Shown in pieces: positions 7,801 to 15,823 of a stretch of DNA of 64,000 bases. Numbering within the stretch: the stretch's first letter is position 1; each line of letters starts with the position of its first letter. The stretch comes from Aulosira sp. ZfuVER01 (GTDB lineage Bacteria; Cyanobacteriota; Cyanobacteriia; Cyanobacteriales; Nostocaceae). A program made the translations under genes and the position numbers. Location of the stretch: NCBI GenBank assembly GCA_034530615.2, contig JAVRCV020000046.1:1-64000 (forward strand), read 5' to 3'. A model generated the notes under the pieces. The model had not been told where the DNA came from. It saw only the letters and a list, made by a program, of their open reading frames with translations, and ran no database searches.

Positions 7801-10326
7801 TGATGTTGCTAAATCTGCGGCTAACTCAGCTTTAGTTTTTAAAGGACGTGTTCCATTTTCATCAGTTAATAAATATAAAACTAATCTCGCAGTACGTTCA
7901 TTAACTGCACCACAATCTTTAATTACTTCCTCTAAAAATCGCTCAACTAGTTTTTCTTTAGTCCCCGCCTGACGATACTTTACTAAAGTCGTAATTTTCT
8001 CAGTTTGCAATTGCGCCCCTACAATTTGCAACTCAATTGGGCGTACTTCGCCAATATCACCCGCCAAATCTTTTACCAATTCATCAATCAGGTTAGGCTC
8101 TAAATAAAAATGTGTCTTCTCCGTCAAACTCTGAATTACTGTCTTAGCATCTTCAGATGAAAAATTACCTAAATAATAACGAATATTTTTATCGAGAATA
8201 TTATTATTAATTACTTTTAAATCATATATCCTGTCTAATTCTAATAAATAGTGTAAATAATCTTCCCGCAAAGACAAAATCACCTTGACAAAAGGAATAT
8301 CTAAACAGACGCGCAGAAATTTATAAAACGGTCGCCTTTGAGCTTGGTCTTTATAAACAAAGAAAAACTCTTCAAATTGGTCAAATATTAAAACTGTTAA
8401 TAAATTCCGTCTTTCATTGTTCCGCAACTGCTCTAATATATCTTCCGCAGAATTTAGAAATATTCCCTGCAATCTCTCAACACTTTCTGCAAAAAGCCGT
8501 CCCAACATCCCTACCCAATCTGTATAAACTCGCAACAAAATTGGTAAAGCATCTCGCTCACCAATTGGTTGTTGTTGCAAAGCTGGGATTAATCCTCCTT
8601 GTAAAATTGAACTTTTCCCGACTCCTGACTGTCCGTGAATTACAGTTAATTTATGTTCAGTACTGCTAACTCTTTCGCGTAAACGCCGCAGATCTTGTAC
8701 TCGGCTAGAAACTGCAATTTCTTGAGCAATTGTTTCTGTATTTTCTGCTTGTACCTGTGCGGGGTTAATTGCCTGTCGCTGCGGGTTAAGATAAGATGCA
8801 CCAATAAAAGCACGAAAACCATATTGCTGTTCAATTTGTAATTGCTCTTGCTTGAGATGAAAAGCATCTAAATATCTAGCTTGCTCAAAGTAAAGTTCGC
8901 GCAATCTTGACAAAATAGAGATATATAATTGCGGGTTGTACTGAGGATTACTTTCTGATTTTGCGAGTTCTAAGGTATTAATTTCTGCTTCTACTTCGCC
9001 TAAACCTCTTTGAGAACGTGCTAAGAGAAATAGATATAAACTACGCTCATGGGTTTGTGCTATATCTACTTGGTTTTTAGATATAAAAAATCGTAACCAT
9101 GGCATTGCGAATGGAACGAAGTGGAGTGAAGCAATCGCAATATTTCGGGATTGTTTCGCTTCGTTAATAGTGGGTTGAGATTGCTTCGCTTCGTTAATAG
9201 TGGGTTGAGATTGCTTCGCTTCGCTCGCAATGACATTTAATATAGTTAAGATTTCTAATGCTTGTTCAGCAAATTGATGAGCTTCATTCCAACGAGACTG
9301 CTGTAACGCCACCTCTGCCAAAAAACCATAATCTTGAGCTATCTGTCGCGGTTTAGCATACTCTTGATGCAGTAATAAAGATTGCTCGGCAAGGCTTTGT
9401 AAATCGCTCCATGCTTGTAAGCTGCGCAGTACTTCACCCAATTTACTAATATATTCAGCAGTTAAATCCGGCTTTTGTGCTTGCTCAAAAATCTCAATAG
9501 CTTGCTGAACATAATTTCTTGCAGCTTGCCAATAGCTTTGATTTTCTCCCCCATCAATACTAGCTTGGCGTTGATATGCTAAAGCAATATGCGCTAATAA
9601 TATACCTTGCCGTTCTAAATGATTACTTTGTCGCCAAAAACCCAAGCTTTGCTGATAATGTGCTAAAGCCGAATCTATTCTGTCATGTAAATAATCATCT
9701 AAACCAATTACAAATTCTAGACTAGCTTGAATCGCTGGCTCTAAAACTTGCTCCCGGCTTTGTAAATCTTGTTGAGCAGTTGTGAGTTCCCAACAAATTT
9801 GCGGATTGGGGATAACATCACCAGCAAATATTTCATCAGTCTTTTGCCGTAAAAACTCTATTAAATTATTATTAGTATTATTAAAATTAATTGTTGTCGC
9901 CCAATTATCCAAATCTGCTGCTAAACGAATCATCTTTTGCAGAACTTGGTCATTAATCCACAACAAAGTAGGAAAAGGAAAGTTTTTTCTAAACTCTTCC
10001 CTGACTTGGTTAGCCGCAGTTAATACCGTATCAATATCTTTAACTGATTCCAAACCAAAAACCATTAAAGCTGGTGGCTGTTCATCTCCCAATTCTGCTT
10101 TAATAGCCGTGTAAAGCGTTTTCACCGATGTAGGTAAAGTAATTTCGCGGATTTCTACGGGAGATAATTCGTGCAGGCGTTGCACCATACGCTGACGCAA
10201 AGCATCATAATTACAGCGTAGGAGTATCAGCGAGAATTCGCCTTGAGAAAGGGTAATTGCTCTTACTAGCGTTCGCAATGATCTTTCGTTTTCAGCGTCT
10301 AAATTTTCCGATTCTTCATGATTCAT
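4858..10326 (-). CDS. Large STAND-type (nSTAND1-like) NTPase: N-terminal domain, TPR, P-loop, TM, coiled coil, 14 WD40 repeats
   Basis: Walker A HGQSGVGKSS, Walker B LIFDQFEEFF, hydrophobic helix SLAIVLLVVAGMAALYAV, 14 GH…W repeats. ATG at 10326 (MNHEES) preferred because the upstream extension runs through a repeat element. Confidence 0.85.
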   Translation of the reverse strand: MNHEESENLDAENERSLRTLVRAITLSQGEFSLILLRCNYDALRQRMVQRLHELSPVEIREITLPTSVKTLYTAIKAELGDEQPPALMVFGLESVKDIDTVLTAANQVREEFRKNFPFPTLLWINDQVLQKMIRLAADLDNWATTINFNNTNNNLIEFLRQKTDEIFAGDVIPNPQICWELTTAQQDLQSREQVLEPAIQASLEFVIGLDDYLHDRIDSALAHYQQSLGFWRQSNHLERQGILLAHIALAYQRQASIDGGENQSYWQAARNYVQQAIEIFEQAQKPDLTAEYISKLGEVLRSLQAWSDLQSLAEQSLLLHQEYAKPRQIAQDYGFLAEVALQQSRWNEAHQFAEQALEILTILNVIASEAKQSQPTINEAKQSQPTINEAKQSRNIAIASLHFVPFAMPWLRFFISKNQVDIAQTHERSLYLFLLARSQRGLGEVEAEINTLELAKSESNPQYNPQLYISILSRLRELYFEQARYLDAFHLKQEQLQIEQQYGFRAFIGASYLNPQRQAINPAQVQAENTETIAQEIAVSSRVQDLRRLRERVSSTEHKLTVIHGQSGVGKSSILQGGLIPALQQQPIGERDALPILLRVYTDWVGMLGRLFAESVERLQGIFLNSAEDILEQLRNNERRNLLTVLIFDQFEEFFFVYKDQAQRRPFYKFLRVCLDIPFVKVILSLREDYLHYLLELDRIYDLKVINNNILDKNIRYYLGNFSSEDAKTVIQSLTEKTHFYLEPNLIDELVKDLAGDIGEVRPIELQIVGAQLQTEKITTLVKYRQAGTKEKLVERFLEEVIKDCGAVNERTARLVLYLLTDENGTRPLKTKAELAADLATSAEKLDLVLEIFVKSGLVLLLQESPAERYQLVHDYLVDLIRQQQGNDLLEELAREREQRLQAEENLQREQAAKKILADANREAEQKIKQGRKSLVVSSSLAIVLLVVAGMAALYAVNKIKEANIANAGKQDSLTKMTEANINLENVNLQKRQTEKRLGEIQKKAQDLENKKKGLETNYQEALKTKKTAEDKSKLAEQATQQAKLNLLTAKADLEKVKQQAGTLQEKNVQAEESIKTANTNVKIAEDKVKLAEKQQQDAELKARQADETLSKAQANLTQAQSAKIAAQAAQKEALQGTNLERAGVNALRQFESAELESLMSAMHSSKELKNIVKDGRPLEQYPAFSPIYALHTILSNIKERNQFQGHQGGVNSVSFSPDGKTIATASSDKTARLWNLQGQLVQEFKGHQGGVNSVSFSPDGKTIATASSDKTARLWNLQGQLVQEFKGHQGGVNSVSFSPDGKTIATASSDKTARLWNLQGQLVQEFKGHQGGVNSVSFSPDGKTIATASSDNTARLWNLQGQLVQEFKGHQFSVWGVSFSPDGKTIATASLDNTARLWNLQGQLVQEFKGHQFSVWGVSFSPDGKTIATASLDNTARLWNLQGQILQEFKGHRDSVWGVNFSPDGKTIATVSSDNTARLWNLQGQLVQEFKGHQFSVWGVSFSPDGKTIATASLDKTAGLWNLQGQLVQEFKGHQDSVLSVSFSPNGKTIATASSDKTARLWNMQGQLVQEFKGHQGGVNSVSFSPDGKTIATASDDKTARLWNLQGQLVQEFKGHRDSVRGVSFSPDGKTIATASDDKTARLWNLQGQLVQEFKGHQDSVRGVSFSLDGKTIATASDDNTARLWNLQGQILQEFKGHHGVVLLVSFSPDDKTIATASLDNTARLWNLQGQILQEFKGHHGGVWSVSFSPDGKTIATASDDNTARLWPVENLDELLVRGCKWLQVYLKNPNVNLSESDRHLCDDLKAEGRGATALRRFPPL
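5020..6720 (-). repeat. 123-bp near-identical tandem repeats encoding WD40 units
   Basis: 14 copies of GHxxxVxxVSFSPDGKTIATASxDxTARLWNLQGQLVQEFK; neighbouring units are nearly identical in DNA. Confidence 0.95.
9101..9234. repeat. Short dispersed repeat (GTCATTGCGAGCGAAGCGAAGCAATC type) inside the CDS, with an internal 30-bp tandem repeat
   Basis: Inverted ends ggcattgcga…tcgcaatgac; 30-mers at 9149 and 9179, partial at 9209; translated as VIASEAKQSQPTINEAKQSQPTINEAKQS. Confidence 0.8.
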
Positions 10327-10518
10327 AACATAATATGTAGGGTGGGCATTGCCCACTGAAACCCGGATATGGTTGGTATTGCTGATTATTTCAAGATGTT
10401 GGCGGTGCGTTAGATTTCTAATTGATAGGGCGCTAAAGCGCAACTACAAACATTTTTTATTACAACATTTGCTACTACGTTATTCATCTCTTTTCCAATG
10501 GCCTATGCCCATTTTCCA

Positions 10519-11826
10519 TTACCGAAATTCTTTCGCCTCTGTCAAAATGGGATTGATATCAAACCAAGAACCATCGTCATCCCGATATTCAAATACAAAC
10601 ATACTGCGGAGCAAAAGGTCGTATTTTTCATGTCCTCTAAAGCTTTTAGCTTGTCCTACCTCTCGCAACAATTGCCATTCATCAGGTGTAATGCCTAAAG
10701 TTAGCTCATTACAGCGTTGTTTAATTACGCTTTCTACGCAATTACGCGAAAGCGGTGGATCTTCTCTTTGCAGACAGCGAAACAATAGCATCAACAAGTT
10801 ACGCAGATGTCCACCGCTAACTCGGCAAATTCTTTCTAATGTATCTGGACTGTCAAAAACCTGAGTAATTAAGTTTAAATTTAAATTCTGGCTTTGTTCC
10901 CAACTCACCCCAGGAAAAGCTCTGACCATAATCATCTTTTGCAATAAGGTAATTCCTTCCTCAAAGTCCGAACCATCGCGTAACTGTACAGGAACCATCG
11001 GTAAAACTTTGGGATCTACGCCAAAGCGATTGGTTAACCTGCCTAAAGCGTTAGAAAATATTAATATCAAGGGAATTGTATAAATAACATGACAATTTAG
11101 CTGGTTTAGCTGTTCGCCCCGTTCTACAAATAAATATTCAGGCTGATAATAACCCGATGGCTTCAAAGAATTATCTACTCGGTCGAGATTATCAATAATT
11201 ACCACCAGTCCGGCTTTACCTTTTTCCTTCAGCTTATCTCTAGCAGGTTTGAGTAATTCTTGATTAATTGCTTCTAAAATTCCATTAGTGCGTGGTTCGA
11301 GATATTGCCGCAACTGACTGCGTAATTTCGGACTATCTTTGGTTTTAGCAGTTATCTTAGCAATCCCCGCCGAAAGTTCAACTTCCGAAAGTTCCATCGG
11401 CGTGAGTAATAAATCGGTAATTTCTTTAAATAAATTTTGAAAATATCCTGGTTTGAGGTTAATTTTTATTGCTTCCAGACTTTGGCTTACCTCGCGCGCG
11501 ATCGCTAATAAAATATCTGTAACATCAATATCTGCCATATCCAGGCTTTGGCTAGACTCAAAATACACTACATGAAATTCCTGTTTTTCTAACTCTGCCT
11601 TTAATCGCAGTAATTCCGTAGACTTGCCACAACCGATATGTCCCGTAAATAATTGACAGGTAGATTCTTCTGAAAGCAGGGTAATAGTTCGCCCTAATTC
11701 TTCAATAATCTTTGCACCCCGCACTTTAGAAAAATCAATATAATATTGCCGATCCTCTGGTTTGCTGACAACCAAAGTTTTGCTGGGGTTGGACGCTTGG
11801 AAAAACTTCTTTAAATCCAGTTTCAT
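10519..11826 (-). CDS. P-loop ATPase, upstream partner of the STAND-WD40 gene
   Basis: Walker A TGHIGCGKST, Walker B VVIIDNLDR, SGGHLR motif. Confidence 0.8.
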   Translation of the reverse strand: MKLDLKKFFQASNPSKTLVVSKPEDRQYYIDFSKVRGAKIIEELGRTITLLSEESTCQLFTGHIGCGKSTELLRLKAELEKQEFHVVYFESSQSLDMADIDVTDILLAIAREVSQSLEAIKINLKPGYFQNLFKEITDLLLTPMELSEVELSAGIAKITAKTKDSPKLRSQLRQYLEPRTNGILEAINQELLKPARDKLKEKGKAGLVVIIDNLDRVDNSLKPSGYYQPEYLFVERGEQLNQLNCHVIYTIPLILIFSNALGRLTNRFGVDPKVLPMVPVQLRDGSDFEEGITLLQKMIMVRAFPGVSWEQSQNLNLNLITQVFDSPDTLERICRVSGGHLRNLLMLLFRCLQREDPPLSRNCVESVIKQRCNELTLGITPDEWQLLREVGQAKSFRGHEKYDLLLRSMFVFEYRDDDGSWFDINPILTEAKEFR

Positions 11827-11897
11827 GACAAATCACCCAAGATTAGCACTCTCAGGTTAGACGAACAAAACCCGCAGTGCTTTGCTAGGGAAATCTT

Positions 11898-12048
11898 ATA
11901 CCATTTTGGATTTTAGATTTTGCGAAAAGTTGCGTGCGGGGGTTCCCCCAGTTGAGCAAACTTTTCAAGACAGATTTTGGATTGGGAATTGCTTTCTATG
12001 TCTCGCTTGTGGGAATCCATCTGTTGCATTCTTTTTTCAAATTGGTAT
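11898..12048. mobile_element. MITE (ATACCA…TGGTAT ends) carrying a nested short dispersed repeat
   Basis: Near-identical to the reverse complement of 62837-62923 apart from an insert at ~11922-11971 flanked by agatttt. Confidence 0.75.
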
Positions 12049-12081
12049 TACAGCAGTTTTTATGTATTTAGACCTGCGTTG

Positions 12082-12124
12082 CTAGACGGCTTTAGATCCC
12101 CGCCGGGGATCTAAAGCCGTCTAG
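12082..12124. repeat. Perfect 20-bp inverted repeat
   Basis: ctagacggctttagatcccc-gcc-ggggatctaaagccgtctag. Confidence 0.9.
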
Positions 12125-12181
12125 AATTACAAATTAATTCCCATGATTTGCGATCGCTAAACTAGAAAATACAACAAGCGA

Positions 12182-12300
12182 CAATACGGTTTAGTTAAGG
12201 ATCTTTGTAGGGAACATCCAAAAATTTTTGACAACTAGACAATCTGACTAGCGCCGTGCCCCTACTAGATGTAATCCTTTCCTAATAATCTTCCTGTATT
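12182..12300. mobile_element. Degenerate MITE (CAATACGGTTTAGTTAAG end)
   Basis: Shares core tagacaatct(g/t)actagcgccgtgcccctac with 41401-41502, which ends in the complementary cctaactgaactgtattg. Confidence 0.55.
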
Positions 12301-12347
12301 TCCATCCCTGCTTTATTTCCTACCATCTGCCCTCTGCCTTTCTTCGG

Positions 12348-12938
12348 TCAAGGTCGATACTCACTACCGTCAGCACGAAAACCTTTCTGCTGCAAAATCA
12401 CCTTATTTTCCTGAATAATTGTCAGTTCAGTGTCAGCACCAGGAATGAATCTGACTTGATAGGTATATCCATCTTTGGAAGCAATGTAGGTTGTCCAAAG
12501 ACTATTAGTTTCAGTTTTAGGTAATTTTGCAGCCGGGGCACGATTTGTGGTTTCACTCTTGTTATCGTAGACATTTATATATGCTTGCCCCTTGCCATAA
12601 ACTCTGACTGTTTTGGTATCAGTCACGAAATACACTAGCGTATCTGCTTCTGAAGGATTTTTATCTGGCGTAGGCTGTTTAGCAACTATGGAAATTACAT
12701 CTTCGCGTACCCAGCCGACATCTTTTGCTTGTGTACCAAACTGCACTTTGTACCAAGTACGAGTGTCTCCTGAAGGCTTTTGTTTATCTAGAATTTTGAC
12801 GCGATCGCCTGATTTTCCTTGACGTATAATATTACCGTCCTTGACTACGGGAGTCGAACGAATATTAACTACGTTCGTACTGGTAGAATTAGTCTTCAAA
12901 ACGCCTTCGCTGGGGAGAACTGGGTTGGAATTTGTCAT
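12348..12938 (-). CDS. Bacterial SH3-domain protein
   Basis: VNIRSTP…GDRVKIL…WYKVQF…GWVREDVI. Confidence 0.75.
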   Translation of the reverse strand: MTNSNPVLPSEGVLKTNSTSTNVVNIRSTPVVKDGNIIRQGKSGDRVKILDKQKPSGDTRTWYKVQFGTQAKDVGWVREDVISIVAKQPTPDKNPSEADTLVYFVTDTKTVRVYGKGQAYINVYDNKSETTNRAPAAKLPKTETNSLWTTYIASKDGYTYQVRFIPGADTELTIIQENKVILQQKGFRADGSEYRP

Positions 12939-13122
12939 AATGTGATGCAGCCAAATTTGATTATTTTGACAATGGACGCCTCAAATGATACATCTGGGTT
13001 TCCAAATTGGCAAAAAATATACTTGAATTTCTTAATAATGTACACAGGTGTTAGCAGGGACATAGCCTGAAATTTTTCTCAGTCGGGAGAAGAATTTCAT
13101 ATTCAGGACTTTAGTCACAATC

Positions 13123-14448
13123 TTATTTAAAACCCTTGGCTGGCTTTTTTTGCCCTTTACTTTGAGGCTTAGATTTGTGAACCTCTGCTACAGCTGCTTG
13201 AAATAAGTTGTGCAGATGTAGAGGAACACTAGCAATTTCTGGTAAATCAGGCGCTAGAGGTTTGTTAAATTCTTGCAAAAGTTGATCCAAATCGCTATTT
13301 AGGTGAAAATCGGAACGTTCTAGAACTGTTTGCAAAACATTTTCTAATGTATTGGGGTATTCTTGGGCTAACCGATACCAAATAAAAGCATTAATACTTT
13401 TGTCTTCAAGATAATAGCGAATTAGTTTTTGGGCACCTTCAATATTTTGCCAATCTGCTGTTGATAAAATTGTTTTTACTTTACTGTATGTTGGTAAAAA
13501 CATTTGTCCCCAACGAGGATGAGAAATGGCTGTCACTTGTTCTGCTTTCTTAAGTTCGGCAGGTAAATCCACCTTTGGCATCACCATTTTACCCTTGCCG
13601 TTATTTTGCAATATTTGCGATGCTACTTTTGAGTCAGCACCCATTTCTTCTACTGCTGCTTTGATTTCTTCTTCTCCAATACCTGCTTCTTGTGCCATTT
13701 CTGCTATAGGTTTGGAAGTATCTATGCCTGTGGCTGCCAAATATTTCTCAGTAACGATTTCCTGAAATTCAGCAATTTTTTTATTTAGTTGATATCCTGG
13801 TAAGGTGATTTCATCTGTACCAAAAAATTCCACAAATTGCTGATGGTATTGGGTAACAGAATTCCAGGCTTCTTCTAATAAATCGGGCGCATCGCTGTAA
13901 AGATTATTTTTATAGGTTTCTTTAAAATTACCAATAGCTACAGCAAGTTTTGGTTTACCCAATTTACCCATAATTGTATAATTACTGAAAAATGTCCAGT
14001 AACTTTCGGTGACAGGAGAAATCCGAGTTAGCAAGATTTCGCCTTCTTTTAACCGAGATATTTCCTGTAGTGTTTTGGCATTATTTGGTTTAACGATGTA
14101 ATATTTATCTGTCAACCAATTCCTTAACTCAAAGCCATCAGGTAAGATTTTTGTGATGGCAAATAAGCCCATAAAACTACGATGCCAACTGCTAATTAAA
14201 TTGCGATCGCTCTGTGGTAAATCTGGATGACTATCTATAAATAATTCTAATGGTGACTTATCGCCTACTTTACCTTCTGTAATAAAGCTATCAATAACTA
14301 AGTCTTGCTGTGCACTGTTACCATTACCAGTGCGTAACTTTCCGGCTGCATAGGTTTCTAGCGCTTGTGCTAAATCGCCTTCTGCTTCCAAAACAAAATC
14401 TACTAAGGCTTGTTTGAGTGCGTGCGATCGCTCTAATATTGCATCCAC
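13123..14448 (-). CDS. Hypothetical protein
   Basis: 441-aa ORF, GTG start, no motif recognised. Confidence 0.7.
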   Translation of the reverse strand: MDAILERSHALKQALVDFVLEAEGDLAQALETYAAGKLRTGNGNSAQQDLVIDSFITEGKVGDKSPLELFIDSHPDLPQSDRNLISSWHRSFMGLFAITKILPDGFELRNWLTDKYYIVKPNNAKTLQEISRLKEGEILLTRISPVTESYWTFFSNYTIMGKLGKPKLAVAIGNFKETYKNNLYSDAPDLLEEAWNSVTQYHQQFVEFFGTDEITLPGYQLNKKIAEFQEIVTEKYLAATGIDTSKPIAEMAQEAGIGEEEIKAAVEEMGADSKVASQILQNNGKGKMVMPKVDLPAELKKAEQVTAISHPRWGQMFLPTYSKVKTILSTADWQNIEGAQKLIRYYLEDKSINAFIWYRLAQEYPNTLENVLQTVLERSDFHLNSDLDQLLQEFNKPLAPDLPEIASVPLHLHNLFQAAVAEVHKSKPQSKGQKKPAKGFK

Positions 14449-14553
14449 AAGTTTATCTCTCTAACCAACAGAGGTAGATTATAGCTTTTAAAGCTATTAG
14501 CGCATCTAGCAATAGCTAGATTTATTAAGATGCATACTTAGCAAATTTAGCCT

Positions 14554-15237
14554 TCAGCTTCTTTGTCTTTGATATTCAATCAGCAGTTGCTTCACATCAA
14601 TTTGCGCAGATTCTAAAAATGCCAGCCGTTTTATTTGCTGTAATCCTAAATTTTCAAATTCTGCTAGTTCATCGTTGGACAATGGCCAGGGAGGCCCAGA
14701 GGGTTCGGCTTCTGTCTCTCGAAAACGAGTAATTACTAATAGTTTGCCACCTGGAGCCACAACTGAGGCAATTGAGGAAATAACAGAGGAACGCACACTC
14801 AAGGGTAAAGCTTGGATATTACGACATTCAAAAACCAAGTCAAAAGCAAGATGCCATTGTGAAGGAATTACCAATAAATCTGCAACTACATAGTTTACAG
14901 TCGAATGGGGAAATCGCTGCTGACACCAAGCAATAGCTGTCGGGGAAATATCAAAAGCTGTGACTTCAAACCCTTGTTTTGCTAAAGCTTCTGCATCGTC
15001 TCCCAAGCCACACCCAATTACCAGCGCTTTTTGTCCAATTGCTGTTGGTGGATGAGTAATCAACCAATCTTGCAAATAGGGATGGGGAGTTAACTTTGCC
15101 CAAGGAACTTGTGCTGCATCACCCTTAGCTGAAGCATATAGAACTTCAAACCATGCGGAAGGTTCTGATTTTTCTAAGGCTTCTTGCGCTAATTTGGCAA
15201 CATAACGCTGTAAATTTTCCGGTTTTTCTTCTAACAT
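14554..15237 (-). CDS. Class I SAM-dependent methyltransferase (TPMT-like)
   Basis: ALVIGCGLGDDA, AFDISPTAI, GPPWPL. Confidence 0.85.
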   Translation of the reverse strand: MLEEKPENLQRYVAKLAQEALEKSEPSAWFEVLYASAKGDAAQVPWAKLTPHPYLQDWLITHPPTAIGQKALVIGCGLGDDAEALAKQGFEVTAFDISPTAIAWCQQRFPHSTVNYVVADLLVIPSQWHLAFDLVFECRNIQALPLSVRSSVISSIASVVAPGGKLLVITRFRETEAEPSGPPWPLSNDELAEFENLGLQQIKRLAFLESAQIDVKQLLIEYQRQRS

Positions 15238-15415
15238 AAAAACTTCTACTACAGGTTAAACCCGATCGCTATCTGTCTTTGTATTATGCGATCGCCTAAC
15301 TAGGACAGCGTAAATCATTAAAGGTTTGTCGTCAGGACTTTAGCTTTCGTCAGCAAATTTTATTATACTACCATATAGTAATATAATAAATGTATGTATA
15401 AATTAGAAAATCTAT

Positions 15416-15760
15416 ATGTTAGAAACTTCACCTGCGGCTCTAGGGCAAATTGCTGATTATTTTAAAGTACTATCGGAAATTAGCAGACTGCAAGTGCTAT
15501 GTTCTCTAAGGTCAGGTAGCAAGAATGTCACGGAAATTATTGCTACAACTGGACTGGGACAGGCAAATGTGTCAAAACACCTGCAAATTCTTACAAAGGC
15601 GGGGATGATTAAGCGTCAACCGCAAGGGGTGAGTGTGTTTTATGAAATTGCCGATCCGTTAATTTTTGAAATCTGTGAACTAGTGTGCGATCGCTTGTCG
15701 ATTCGCTTGGAAGAACAGTCACAGCAGTTGAAAGAGTTAGAAATGTTGCGTAATTCGTAA
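15416..15760 (+). CDS. ArsR/SmtB-family transcriptional regulator
   Basis: FKVLSEISRLQVL…GQANVSKHLQIL…G…VFYEI. Confidence 0.88.
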   Translation: MLETSPAALGQIADYFKVLSEISRLQVLCSLRSGSKNVTEIIATTGLGQANVSKHLQILTKAGMIKRQPQGVSVFYEIADPLIFEICELVCDRLSIRLEEQSQQLKELEMLRNS

Positions 15761-15823
15761 TTGAGAGGGGTCAGATGTTTGCGTGGGGAAAATGTGTGAA
15801 CGAAGTCCCGACGACGAACTATT

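Noticed and set aside
10327..10443. N-terminal extension of the STAND-WD40 ORF
   Set aside because: It runs through a palindromic dispersed repeat (gtagggtgggcattgcccac); ATG at 10326 is more plausible.
15366..15380. tacta-N5-tagta inverted repeat as an ArsR operator
   Set aside because: Too short to be significant in AT-rich DNA.
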